In this document: positions 40,023-48,616 of the stretch, piece after piece | Layout: each line of letters opens with the position of its first letter | How positions within the stretch are numbered: position 1 is the first letter of the stretch | NCBI GenBank assembly: GCA_963816395.1 | Contig: CAWFKQ010000007.1 | Coordinates: 320,001 to 384,000 of the forward strand | Length of the DNA stretch: 64,000 nt | Origin: an uncultured delta proteobacterium | GTDB taxonomy: Bacteria; Desulfobacterota; Desulfuromonadia; Desulfuromonadales; JACZKF01 | Direction of reading: 5' to 3' | Made by a program: the position numbers and the translations under genes | Notes under the pieces: generated by a model | The model's input: only the letters and a program-made list of their open reading frames with translations | The model's database searches: none | What the model was told of the DNA's origin: nothing

Positions 40023-42021
40023 CAAACTGCTGATTGCCAACCGCGGCGAAATCGCCTGCCGCATTATCCGCACCGCCCGGCGGCTGGGAATCCGCACTGT
40101 CGCGGTCTATTCCGATGCCGACGCCGGCGCTTTGCACGTGAGCCTCGCTGACGAGGCCTGCCACATCGGTCCGGCCCCGGCCCGCGACAGCTATCTATGC
40201 GCCGGGGCGATCCTGCAAGCCGCGCTGCAGTGCGGCGCCGAGGCCGTCCATCCGGGTTACGGATTCCTGGCTGAAAACGCCGGATTCGCCGAGGGCTGCC
40301 TCGCGGCCGGGCTGACCTTCGTCGGCCCGCCAGCGACAGCAATTGAGGCGATGGGCTCGAAAAGCGCGGCCAAGCAGATCATGGCCGCCGCCGGCGTACC
40401 GCTGGTTCCGGGTTATCACGGGGCAGAGCAGGACCTGCCGCAGCTCTATCAGGAGGCGCTGAAAATTGGGTTTCCGCTGCTGATCAAGGCGAGCGCCGGT
40501 GGCGGCGGCAAGGGGATGCGGGTGGTGGAGACGTCGGCAGCCTTCGCTGAGGCCCTTGCCGCAGCCCGGCGCGAGGCGGCTGCCGCTTTTGGTGACGAGA
40601 CGGTGCTGCTGGAAAAATACCTGGGACGCCCCCGCCACATCGAGATCCAGGTCTTTGCCGACAGCCACGGCAATGTCGTGCATCTGTTCGAACGCGATTG
40701 CTCGATCCAGCGTCGTCACCAGAAGGTCATCGAGGAGGCACCGGCGCCAGGTCTTTCCGCCGAACTGCGCGAGCAGATCGGTTCGGCAGCGACGGCGGCG
40801 GCTCGGGCGATCGGCTACGTCGGTGCCGGCACGGTGGAGTTTCTACTCGACGAGGACAACTCTTTCTATTTCATGGAGATGAACACCCGGTTGCAGGTAG
40901 AGCACCCGGTCACCGAAATGATCACCGGTCAGGACCTGGTCGAATGGCAGCTGGTGGTGGCAAATGGCGGCGAGCTCCCCTGCCGCCAGGAGGAGCTGTC
41001 GATCTGCGGCCATGCCATCGAGGCGCGCATCTACGCCGAGGATCCGGATCGCGAGTTCCTCCCCTCGACCGGCGTGCTGCGGCACCTGCGAACCCCGGCA
41101 CCCGGCCCCCACCTGCGCATTGATAGCGGCATCCGCGAGAAGGATGAGGTGAGCATCCATTACGATCCGATGCTCGCCAAGCTGATCGTCTGGGACCGGG
41201 ACCGTCGCGGGGCTCTGCGCCGCCTGCAGTCTGCGCTGGCTGATTACCAAGTGGTCGGTGTGACAACCAACCTGGGATTCCTCGCCTGCGTCGCCGCCCA
41301 TCCGGCGTTTTCGGCCGGTGCGGTCGATACCGGTTTCATCCCGCATTACCGCGCCGACCTGCTGCACACTCAGCAGCCGGCCTGCGAACAGGTGCTGGCC
41401 CTGGCGGGTCTCGCGACGCTGCTGGAGCGCAACGGCGATGCAGCACGGGCGGCGGCCAGTTCGGCCGATCCTTTTTCCCCCTGGCACCAGACCGGCGGCT
41501 GGAGACTCAACAGTGACAACCACCACCAGCTGCTGTTTCACGAAGGGGAGAAGGTTCATGAACTACTTGTCCACTACCGCCCCCTCGGTTACCTGATCGA
41601 ACTGCCAACGGGCCCGCTTCTGGTCAGCGGAAGTCTGGGCGAAGACGGCGAGTTGTTGGCAGACCTGGGGGGAAGCCGGGTGCGGGCGACGATCATTCGC
41701 CAAGGGAACGAACTGAGCATTCTCCGGTATGGCCGCAACCACCGGCTGGTGCTGCACGATCCGGCGCTTGTCGGCGGTGAGCAGGAAAGCGGTGACGGCA
41801 AACTGACGGCGCCGATGCCTGGAAAGGTGGTCAAGCTGCTGGTCGAGACCGGCAGCCATGTGCGGCGCGGGACGCCGCTGGTCATTCTCGAAGCGATGAA
41901 GATGGAGCACACAATCCAGGCCCCGGCGGATGGCACTGTCACCAGTATCCATTTCGGCCTCGGCGCCCTGGTCAACGAAGGGGCGCAACTGCTGGCATTT
42001 GAAGCCGAAAAAGGGGAATAG
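40015..42021 (+). CDS. liuD: 3-methylcrotonyl-CoA carboxylase alpha (biotin carboxylase-BCCP)
   Basis: LIANRGEIA, HPGYGFLAEN, GGGGKGM, EMNTRLQVEHPVTE, biotin motif EAMKMEH. Confidence 0.95.
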   Translation: MFSKLLIANRGEIACRIIRTARRLGIRTVAVYSDADAGALHVSLADEACHIGPAPARDSYLCAGAILQAALQCGAEAVHPGYGFLAENAGFAEGCLAAGLTFVGPPATAIEAMGSKSAAKQIMAAAGVPLVPGYHGAEQDLPQLYQEALKIGFPLLIKASAGGGGKGMRVVETSAAFAEALAAARREAAAAFGDETVLLEKYLGRPRHIEIQVFADSHGNVVHLFERDCSIQRRHQKVIEEAPAPGLSAELREQIGSAATAAARAIGYVGAGTVEFLLDEDNSFYFMEMNTRLQVEHPVTEMITGQDLVEWQLVVANGGELPCRQEELSICGHAIEARIYAEDPDREFLPSTGVLRHLRTPAPGPHLRIDSGIREKDEVSIHYDPMLAKLIVWDRDRRGALRRLQSALADYQVVGVTTNLGFLACVAAHPAFSAGAVDTGFIPHYRADLLHTQQPACEQVLALAGLATLLERNGDAARAAASSADPFSPWHQTGGWRLNSDNHHQLLFHEGEKVHELLVHYRPLGYLIELPTGPLLVSGSLGEDGELLADLGGSRVRATIIRQGNELSILRYGRNHRLVLHDPALVGGEQESGDGKLTAPMPGKVVKLLVETGSHVRRGTPLVILEAMKMEHTIQAPADGTVTSIHFGLGALVNEGAQLLAFEAEKGE

Positions 42022-42022
42022 C

Positions 42023-42946
42023 ATGAGACTTCCCAAGCGGGTCAAAATCGTCGAGGTCGGGCCGCGCGACGGCCTGCAGAACGAATCGATCGTGGTCCCC
42101 ACCGAGATAAAGATCGCGCTGATCAACCGCCTGACCGCCACCGGCCTGGCGGCAATCGAGGCGGGAAGTTTCGTCTCGCCGAAATGGATTCCGCAGATGG
42201 CCGACAGCGCCAAAGTACTGGCCGGCATCACCCGCCAGCCGGGAGTGACCTACTCGGCACTGGCGCCCAACCTGCAGGGACTGCGGTGCGCCATCGCCGC
42301 CGGGATTGAGGAGATCGCGGTGTTCGGAGCCGCCTCGGAGACCTTCTCACGCAAAAACATCAACTGCTCGATTGCGGTCAGCCTCGACCGCTTTCACGAG
42401 GTCTGCACCCATGCGCGCCAGCGGGGGGTACGTGTGCGGGCCTATATCTCCTGCGTTCTCGGCTGCCCCTATGAGGGACCGGTCGATCCGGAAACCGTCG
42501 CCTGGATGGGGGGGCGCCTGATGGAGATGGGCTGCTACGAGATCTCGCTCGGCGATACCATCGGCGTCGGCACCCCGGGCAGGGCGCAGGCGATGGTCGA
42601 CGCAGTGGCGGAGAAGGTCCAGCGCGAGCGGCTGGCGGTGCATTTCCACGACACCTATGGCCAGGCACTGGCGAACATTCTGGCGGTCATGGAACGGGGG
42701 ATCGCGGTGATCGACAGTTCCCTGTCCGGCCTGGGCGGCTGTCCTTATGCCCCCGGCGCTTCCGGCAATGTCGCCAGTGAGGATCTGCTTTATATGCTCA
42801 AGGGGCTCGGTATCGAGACCGGCGTCGACCTGCCGGCCATGGTCGAGGCCGGGCGCTTCATCTTTGATTTCCTCGGCCGCCGCTCCGGCTCCAAGGTCGC
42901 CCTGGCGATGAAAAAGGATGCGGTGCGGGCGAGGCAACAGCATTAG
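42023..42946 (+). CDS. liuE: Hydroxymethylglutaryl-CoA lyase
   Basis: EVGPRDGLQNE, SLGDTIG, HFHDTYGQA, GGCPYAPGASGN. Confidence 0.95.
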   Translation: MRLPKRVKIVEVGPRDGLQNESIVVPTEIKIALINRLTATGLAAIEAGSFVSPKWIPQMADSAKVLAGITRQPGVTYSALAPNLQGLRCAIAAGIEEIAVFGAASETFSRKNINCSIAVSLDRFHEVCTHARQRGVRVRAYISCVLGCPYEGPVDPETVAWMGGRLMEMGCYEISLGDTIGVGTPGRAQAMVDAVAEKVQRERLAVHFHDTYGQALANILAVMERGIAVIDSSLSGLGGCPYAPGASGNVASEDLLYMLKGLGIETGVDLPAMVEAGRFIFDFLGRRSGSKVALAMKKDAVRARQQH

Positions 42947-43056
42947 CAGGGGGATCGGGCGAATGCGAAGGCAACTTGAGAGGCAGCGAGCCTGTCATGG
43001 ACCACCAGAGAGACGGCCAGCAGCAGAACACTCAGTATTGAGATGGTCGGTTCCAT
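42943..43056 (-). CDS. Putative 37-aa small membrane protein
   Basis: RBS AAAGGAGGTG upstream; MEPTISILSVLLLAVSLVVHDRLAASQVAFAFARSPC*. Confidence 0.45.
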   Translation of the reverse strand: MEPTISILSVLLLAVSLVVHDRLAASQVAFAFARSPC

Positions 43057-43076
43057 TAAACTCACCTCCTTTCTAG

Positions 43077-44018
43077 TCAGTTCACCCCGGCTAACGGAAT
43101 TTTACCGATGCACTCGATAGCCTTCCGAACCAGATCGGGAGTTATTCTCATATTGCTGTTCAGCATCTCGAGGCGGATCTCTTCCAGGGAATCCACATAG
43201 TATTTTCTAGGGAGATACTGCATCCCGGCCAGCAGCAAAACAGTGAGCAACAGTCCGGATAAAACTGTACTCCGGATTTTCGGTACAAGGATCCGCATGA
43301 TTCCGTGCGCCCGCGCCCTATCGCGGAAGTATTGCACCCTCTTCGGAAGGGGTCTTTTCCGGACCGGCTGCCGACATGACCAGAACGCGTCATGGGCAGC
43401 AATGATCCACATCAGAAGCGAAATAGGCAGAACCAGAAGAGCAGCGACCAGGTAGATTTCAAAAGCAAACCTGTCGGGGCTGGTCTTGAGGACGGACCAG
43501 GCGCCCTGGGAAACGGTCAACACGACTGCGGAGAAGGTCCCCAGCAGGCCGAACAGGAGAAAGAAGACACCCTTTTTGGGCTGGCCGTTCAGGAACTGGC
43601 CCCAGCCGGGATAAAGAAGGGAGCAGAGCAGGGGCCAGAATTCATTGTCCACCCCCCGAAAAAGCTCGAACCTTATACTTGCCGTCCTGTAATAGGCGTC
43701 GACGGCGTTGAACAGCCAGGCAACAAGGCCGCCGGCAAGAAAGATCACCAAACCGAAGATGACGAGGGACGCCGGGATGTAGAACTCGGAGATAAACCGG
43801 CCTACGGAATACCGGAACGCAATAAGGGCCGACAGGGCTGAATAGAACAAAAGCATGGATGCCATGTATACCGATCCTGGACGGTATTCCCGGATATACA
43901 TATGCCCGCTTCCCCATATGAGCATCGAAAAGCTGAACGACAGCGCCGGACTTCTCTGCGAGGCAATGGGACCAAGGGACTTTTTTATCGGGCTCTTTGC
44001 CGGAGATTGGTCAATCAA
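43077..44018 (-). CDS. Multi-pass membrane protein with an internally duplicated motif (start may be about 44049 across an indel)
   Basis: SPALSFSFSMLIWGSGHMY...NAVDAY and WPLLCSLLYPGWGQFLNGQPKKG...AAHDAF. Confidence 0.7.
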   Translation of the reverse strand: MIDQSPAKSPIKKSLGPIASQRSPALSFSFSMLIWGSGHMYIREYRPGSVYMASMLLFYSALSALIAFRYSVGRFISEFYIPASLVIFGLVIFLAGGLVAWLFNAVDAYYRTASIRFELFRGVDNEFWPLLCSLLYPGWGQFLNGQPKKGVFFLLFGLLGTFSAVVLTVSQGAWSVLKTSPDRFAFEIYLVAALLVLPISLLMWIIAAHDAFWSCRQPVRKRPLPKRVQYFRDRARAHGIMRILVPKIRSTVLSGLLLTVLLLAGMQYLPRKYYVDSLEEIRLEMLNSNMRITPDLVRKAIECIGKIPLAGVN

Positions 44019-44130
44019 CCGGCTTTTTGCCGGGCTCCATTCCTGCCATGGTCATCGATGACCCAGACCTTTTGACTCATATCTGCGCCTCTTTTCGAAA
44101 ATCGATTTTAAGTTCTGTAAGTACTTTTAT

Positions 44131-44201
44131 TTTAACACGAGGCGCAGAGGCACCTGAGACCTGTACATCGAGCCTCTGCGTCTCCGCGCCTCCGCGTTAA
44201 A
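44131..44201. repeat. TTTAAC...GCGTTAAA octamer inverted-tandem element
   Basis: TTTAACACGAGGCGCAGAGGCACCTGAG ... CTCTGCGTCTCCGCGCCTCCGCGTTAAA. Confidence 0.8.
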
Positions 44202-44206
44202 GCCCT

Positions 44207-45634
44207 TCAGGTGGCGGGCAGGAAATCGATCGGGTACAGAATGGTCGTCTTCGGCACGTCGTCCTTCGGACCGAAATTGAACTTCTGGACCCGGTCGACA
44301 ATCTGGGCCACCAGCTCAGGCGAGGCCAGATCGGTGGACTCCACTTTGCATGCGGACACTTCACCACCCGGTTCGATGGTGATTCGCAGCAGCATCTTCC
44401 CGCGCAGTGTCGGGTCTTTGCGCAGCTCCTTGTTGTAGATCCGATAGAGCGCCGCCTTGTACCGATCGAACACGATCTGGATTTCCTCGTCGGTTCGGCC
44501 CGGACCCGGCCCGTCGCTCAGCGGCCGCGATTCTCCCGCCAGCCCCGCCACGGCACTTGCTACCCGGGTAATGCCCACGCCGCCGATTCGCCCGGCATTG
44601 CCACTTCCACCGTTTCCGCCGCTTCCGAGATTCCGGCTGAACGCCGCATTGCCGATGCCGCCGCTGGAGCCCTGCCCCCGCAAAGCCACCAGCGAGCGCT
44701 GCGCCCGGGCCTGCCCCGCCGCCTGCGGGGCCTCTTTGCTCAAGCGGGCCTCGGTGCCGAGTTTGGCAACGGGAGTTTCGTCCACCAGATCGGCAAAGGA
44801 ACTCTTGAATGCCAGGACGCCGGTCTTTTCGGCTTTTTTCCGCGCTACCTGCACGTCTCCGGCGGGCGCCGCTTTCGGCTGTTCCTTCGCCGGGCTCTTC
44901 GGGGTTTGGGCCGGTTTTTCAGGTTTTTCCCGATCAGGCTCGGTTTTTTTCTTCTCTTCCCGGGGCCGCACCGGCACCGGCTCCGGCTTGGGTTCCTTCT
45001 TGACCAGCATGGCCAGCCGCTCAGGGATTTCGACAACCACCGCCGAGCGATCCGGGATGGGGATCTTCACCAGGGGAGTGAGATAGCCAAAGATAATGGC
45101 CAGGAGGAGCGAGACGAGCAGGGCGCGGCGGAACTGACTTTCGCTCTCCCCCTCGGTGGTCCAGGGCATGATCGACAGGCGGTAGGGAATGGGCGAAATC
45201 TCCCGCTCGATGACGAACTCTTCCTGCCGCCGCTCTTCACGGCCGTACGCCTGGCGTACCTCTTCGTACAGATAGTCGAGTTCGTCGAGACGTTGGTCGA
45301 CCTGCGCCTTGAGGGATTCCCGTTTCTCCTGAATTCCCCGGATGCCCTGCGCAAAGCCGGCAACACGCTCCCGCAGCCACTCCAGATGCCCGGCGGTTTC
45401 CCTGGCCTCCGGCACTCCTTCCCAAAAGAGCTCCTCCGCTCCCAGTTCGGCCAGCCTGCCGAGAGCATTGCAGACATCCTGCAAGGCGTCGAAGCGCTGT
45501 TTATCGGCGGAAAATGTCTCGAGCTCTGCCTCTACCACCCGCAGCTCATCTTCGAGCAACTTGATTTTCCCTCGTGTCTGCTCGATCTGCGCGTTCAGGG
45601 GCGCCAATTCCTGTGCTAATAAGGAGGTATTCAC
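44207..45634 (-). CDS. AgmX/PglI (GltG-like) TonB-type energy transducer with N-terminal coiled coil
   Basis: Coiled coil, single TM, Pro/Lys/Glu linker, Gly-rich segment, C-terminal RTDEEIQIVFD..LYRIYNKELRKDPTLRGK..ITIEPGGEV..YPIDFLP. Confidence 0.85.
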   Translation of the reverse strand: MNTSLLAQELAPLNAQIEQTRGKIKLLEDELRVVEAELETFSADKQRFDALQDVCNALGRLAELGAEELFWEGVPEARETAGHLEWLRERVAGFAQGIRGIQEKRESLKAQVDQRLDELDYLYEEVRQAYGREERRQEEFVIEREISPIPYRLSIMPWTTEGESESQFRRALLVSLLLAIIFGYLTPLVKIPIPDRSAVVVEIPERLAMLVKKEPKPEPVPVRPREEKKKTEPDREKPEKPAQTPKSPAKEQPKAAPAGDVQVARKKAEKTGVLAFKSSFADLVDETPVAKLGTEARLSKEAPQAAGQARAQRSLVALRGQGSSGGIGNAAFSRNLGSGGNGGSGNAGRIGGVGITRVASAVAGLAGESRPLSDGPGPGRTDEEIQIVFDRYKAALYRIYNKELRKDPTLRGKMLLRITIEPGGEVSACKVESTDLASPELVAQIVDRVQKFNFGPKDDVPKTTILYPIDFLPAT

Positions 45635-45645
45635 GGAATCCTCAC

Positions 45646-46140
45646 CTAGGTTTGCGAGGCCTTCTGGTTGACCGCGAGGGAAATCCTCCCGTATCCAGAA
45701 TCCGTGCAGGTGGTCATTATTTTTTTAAGCACACTGAAGGGAATCGTTTTGTCCGCCAGAAGGGTGATTTCCTTGCTCTCGACGGCCGATTTGGTGCTAA
45801 TCCCGATGATGTTGCGTTCCAGTTGCGCCAAACGCTCTGTGATCGCCGGGATGATCTCCTTCCTGGTTGCCAGCAGTTCACGCGTGCTGATCACGGCTTC
45901 ACCCTGAACCACCACGCTTTCCGGAGTGACCATAATCACCACCGTTTCCCTTGGCTTGGCCTCGACCACGGAATCGGGCAGCTTGATCTGCCTGGGCGTC
46001 GTCAGAACTTCACTGGCAGAGGAGTTGGCGAGCAGGAAGAACACCAGAATGGTGAAGACATCCATCAGCGACGTCAGGTTCAGACCCATCACCTTTTTCC
46101 GGTTGCGTTCCATCCGTCTGATGCGTCGGCTGGCCCTCAT
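45646..46140 (-). CDS. ExbD/TolR family protein (AglS-like)
   Basis: LNLTSLMDVFTILVFFLL with the TM Asp; ADKTIPF. Confidence 0.9.
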   Translation of the reverse strand: MRASRRIRRMERNRKKVMGLNLTSLMDVFTILVFFLLANSSASEVLTTPRQIKLPDSVVEAKPRETVVIMVTPESVVVQGEAVISTRELLATRKEIIPAITERLAQLERNIIGISTKSAVESKEITLLADKTIPFSVLKKIMTTCTDSGYGRISLAVNQKASQT

Positions 46141-46628
46141 GGCGCGTCTCCAATGGATATGTTGGGGAAGAGCACCAGATTCTGAGTCTCTTCACTCCCC
46201 GCTTCCCGTACTTCGGCGCCTCGTACCGTATCCATGACCTGAACCAGATGGTCGTATTCGATTTCCGGTTCCATCAGGACCGTCGCATCATCCTTCTGCG
46301 GGTAATCGGCCTTCAGGCGGGTGAGCATTTCGGCCAGCTTCTGCAAATCGTATTTTTCGTCTTTCTTGGGGATCGCCGCGACCACGTTTGTCCCGTTGGC
46401 AAGCTCCAGCCCTGATTTACGGACGATCACCTCGATACTGAAGTTCGGCTTGCTCACTGCCGCCCCGCCGGCGGCGGTCGGCACCCGCAACTCCATGATG
46501 GTCACGCGCGAAAATACAGCGCTGAGGAGCAGGAAAGGTACAAGCACCACCATAAGGTTCATGAAGGTCGTGATATCCAGTTCAGGGGCTTCTTTCATCC
46601 GCCGTCTGTAATGATGTCGTCTGGCCAT
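46137..46628 (-). CDS. ExbD/TolR family protein (AglQ-like)
   Basis: LDITTFMNLMVVLVPFLL (Asn at the usual Asp position); YDHLVQVMD; LFPNISIG. Confidence 0.88.
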   Translation of the reverse strand: MARRHHYRRRMKEAPELDITTFMNLMVVLVPFLLLSAVFSRVTIMELRVPTAAGGAAVSKPNFSIEVIVRKSGLELANGTNVVAAIPKKDEKYDLQKLAEMLTRLKADYPQKDDATVLMEPEIEYDHLVQVMDTVRGAEVREAGSEETQNLVLFPNISIGDAP

Positions 46629-46630
46629 GT

Positions 46631-47284
46631 TCAGCTCACCTGGAATTGGCGCTTGGCCGTATTGGAGATATTGTTGAGCGCCTTGACCGATGCCATCTCC
46701 AGGCTGTCGACGATCTGGCCCGTGGTCGAAGTCAATTTGGCATGGATAATCATCAGAGGAATGGCGACGATCAGCCCAAATGCCGTGGTGTTCATGGCGA
46801 CCGAGATGCTGGCTGAGAGCAGGTCGGCCTTCTCGGCGGGGTTCGCATGGGCGACCGCGGTGAACGCCTCGATCAGGCCCATGATGGTGCCGAGCAGTCC
46901 GAGCAGGGTGGCGATATTCGAGAGCAGGCCCAGGTAGGGCGTCCTCTTTTCAAGCTGCGGGATGATCTCCATCATGCTCTCTTCCATAGCGATCTCGATG
47001 TCTTCCCGACGCCGAACCGCGCCCTCGCGCGCCAGTCCCATTCCCAGCATTTGCGAGATGGTGGATTTGTCCTCGTTGACTATTTCCCGCGCCTTGTCGA
47101 ACTCACCCTCGATCAGCAACGGGTGCAGCTGGTTCCAGATCTTGCGATTTGCGCTCCGGATGCGGTTCAACTGGATCCAGCGCTCGATCGAGATGGCCGC
47201 GCCGACCGCAAACACGAGCAGGATCGGGTACATGAACAACCCGCCCTTTTGGAAAAACGCCACTACCGAATAGATGGATCCCAT
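46631..47284 (-). CDS. MotA/TolQ/ExbB proton-channel family protein (AglR-like)
   Basis: GGLFMYPI, ATLLGLLGTIMGLI.AF, ISVAMNTTAFGLIVAIP. Confidence 0.93.
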   Translation of the reverse strand: MGSIYSVVAFFQKGGLFMYPILLVFAVGAAISIERWIQLNRIRSANRKIWNQLHPLLIEGEFDKAREIVNEDKSTISQMLGMGLAREGAVRRREDIEIAMEESMMEIIPQLEKRTPYLGLLSNIATLLGLLGTIMGLIEAFTAVAHANPAEKADLLSASISVAMNTTAFGLIVAIPLMIIHAKLTSTTGQIVDSLEMASVKALNNISNTAKRQFQVS

Positions 47285-47356
47285 TGCTTTCCTCCGCTTG
47301 ATAAAGTTGGTTTGTCTCCGGGGCAACCCCCGGCTTGCCACATTGCATTTAAAAGC

Positions 47357-47676
47357 TCAATTCCGATGCCCCGATGCCGGCTGAGGGGAAGTTGCTTGCG
47401 CGGTGCTGATCTCGTAAAAATCCAGCTGCCGCATGAAGACGTCCGGATCGAGCGGCACGCCCGTCTCGTTCAGCATCTTGTTCAGGCTGGTCTCCACCCC
47501 GAGTTCGGAGCTTTTCCAGGGAACGATGTAGAGGGATTTCGGGGCCTCGTCGTTACCGACGATCGACATGCCCGAGAGCTCTTTGGGTTCGGCTGTTTTC
47601 TTGCCGTTGTCCTGGGCCAGGGCCACGGCGACGGCAACAGGAGCAGGCAGAGACCGAGCGCCAGATTTCGATGCAT
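47357..47676 (-). CDS. Small secreted protein, GltF/CglF-like by position (frameshift near 47635)
   Basis: AAGGAGGT RBS; MHRNLALGLCLLL..ALAQ; LSGMSIVGNDEAPKSLYIVPWK. Confidence 0.65.
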
Positions 47677-47692
47677 CGCCACCTCCTTGCGG

Positions 47693-47737
47693 GTCTGCCG
47701 GGTCCGATCGGACGGATCGGTCTGATCCAACGCGGCC
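47693..47737. repeat. GWCNGATCN nonamer element, copy A (truncated)
   Basis: gtctgccgg gtccgatcg gacggatcg gtctgatcc aacgcggcc. Confidence 0.75.
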
Positions 47738-47753
47738 AGGAGAAATCGTTTTT

Positions 47754-48466
47754 CTACTTGCGCCCGATGCCGCAGGCGCAGGTCCGCCACCCACATCTTT
47801 ACCTGCGCATCGCCGGGTATGGCCTTGCTGTAAATTTCGTACTGGTCGAGGGCACATGTCTGATCGTTCAGATACAGGTCGCAGAGAATCCCGAGATTCC
47901 TGCGCGCCGGAAGATATTCCGGGAAGGCCGCGAGCGTCTTTTCATAGACGGCCCGGGCCTCGGCAAAACGACCTGTCCGGCGAAGCAGCAAACCGTATTC
48001 ATTGCTCGCCACCGGGTGCGCGGGAACCAGGCCCAGCGCCGTCTTCAGATGCTGCTCGGCCTGCTCCAGCTTGTTGACCCGCTCGTAGGCCTGCGCAATG
48101 TCGATATAAGGCGCCGTGACTCCCGGAGACCGCTCGATCACCTTTTCCAGAAGCCCGATAGCCCCCTCATTGTCCCCCGCCTTCAGCATGCCGACGGCGC
48201 GCGCGAAGTCGTCGCGCGACTGGGCATCCATCCGGGGCGTTTCCGTGATAAGGAATCCTTCCCGGCCATCCATGAGCCGCGCCACCGAGGGCCCGGCAGC
48301 GGTGGCTTCAGCAGCCGCCGGGGATTCCGCGGCAGCTGGCTCCGGCTTGACTTTGCCGCCGGTTGCGCACCCGGCAAGTACCGACAGACACCAGCGACAA
48401 GACCGTTATGCCGGTGCGCGTTCGTGCTTTTGAGCACTGAAACAGCTGTGTTTCCCTCTGCATCAT
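47754..48466 (-). CDS. TPR lipoprotein (GltE/AglT-like; frameshifts)
   Basis: Frame-corrected lipobox VLAGC; TPRs; ARRNLGILCDLYL; corrected end WVADLRLRIGRK*. Confidence 0.8.
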
Positions 48467-48494
48467 CGCTTCCCGTCTATGGTGGCATTTTCGG

Positions 48495-48543
48495 GATCCG
48501 ACAGATCGGTCGGGTCGGACTGATCTGTCGGATCAGATCGGAC
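48495..48543. repeat. GWCNGATCN nonamer element, copy B
   Basis: GATCCGACAGATCGGTC...GACTGATCTGTCGGATC inverted repeat. Confidence 0.8.
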
Positions 48544-48546
48544 TTC

Positions 48547-48597
48547 GTAGGGGCGGCCCTTGTGGCCGCCCTGGGCAGGGATAAGACCGGCCCCTGC
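48547..48597. repeat. GTAG-type REP doublet (REPIN-like)
   Basis: GTAGGGGCGGCCCTTGTGGCCGCCC-T-GGGCAGGGATAAGACCGGCCCCTGC. Confidence 0.7.
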
Positions 48598-48616
48598 GAT
48601 GGGGGTTTGACCTGCG

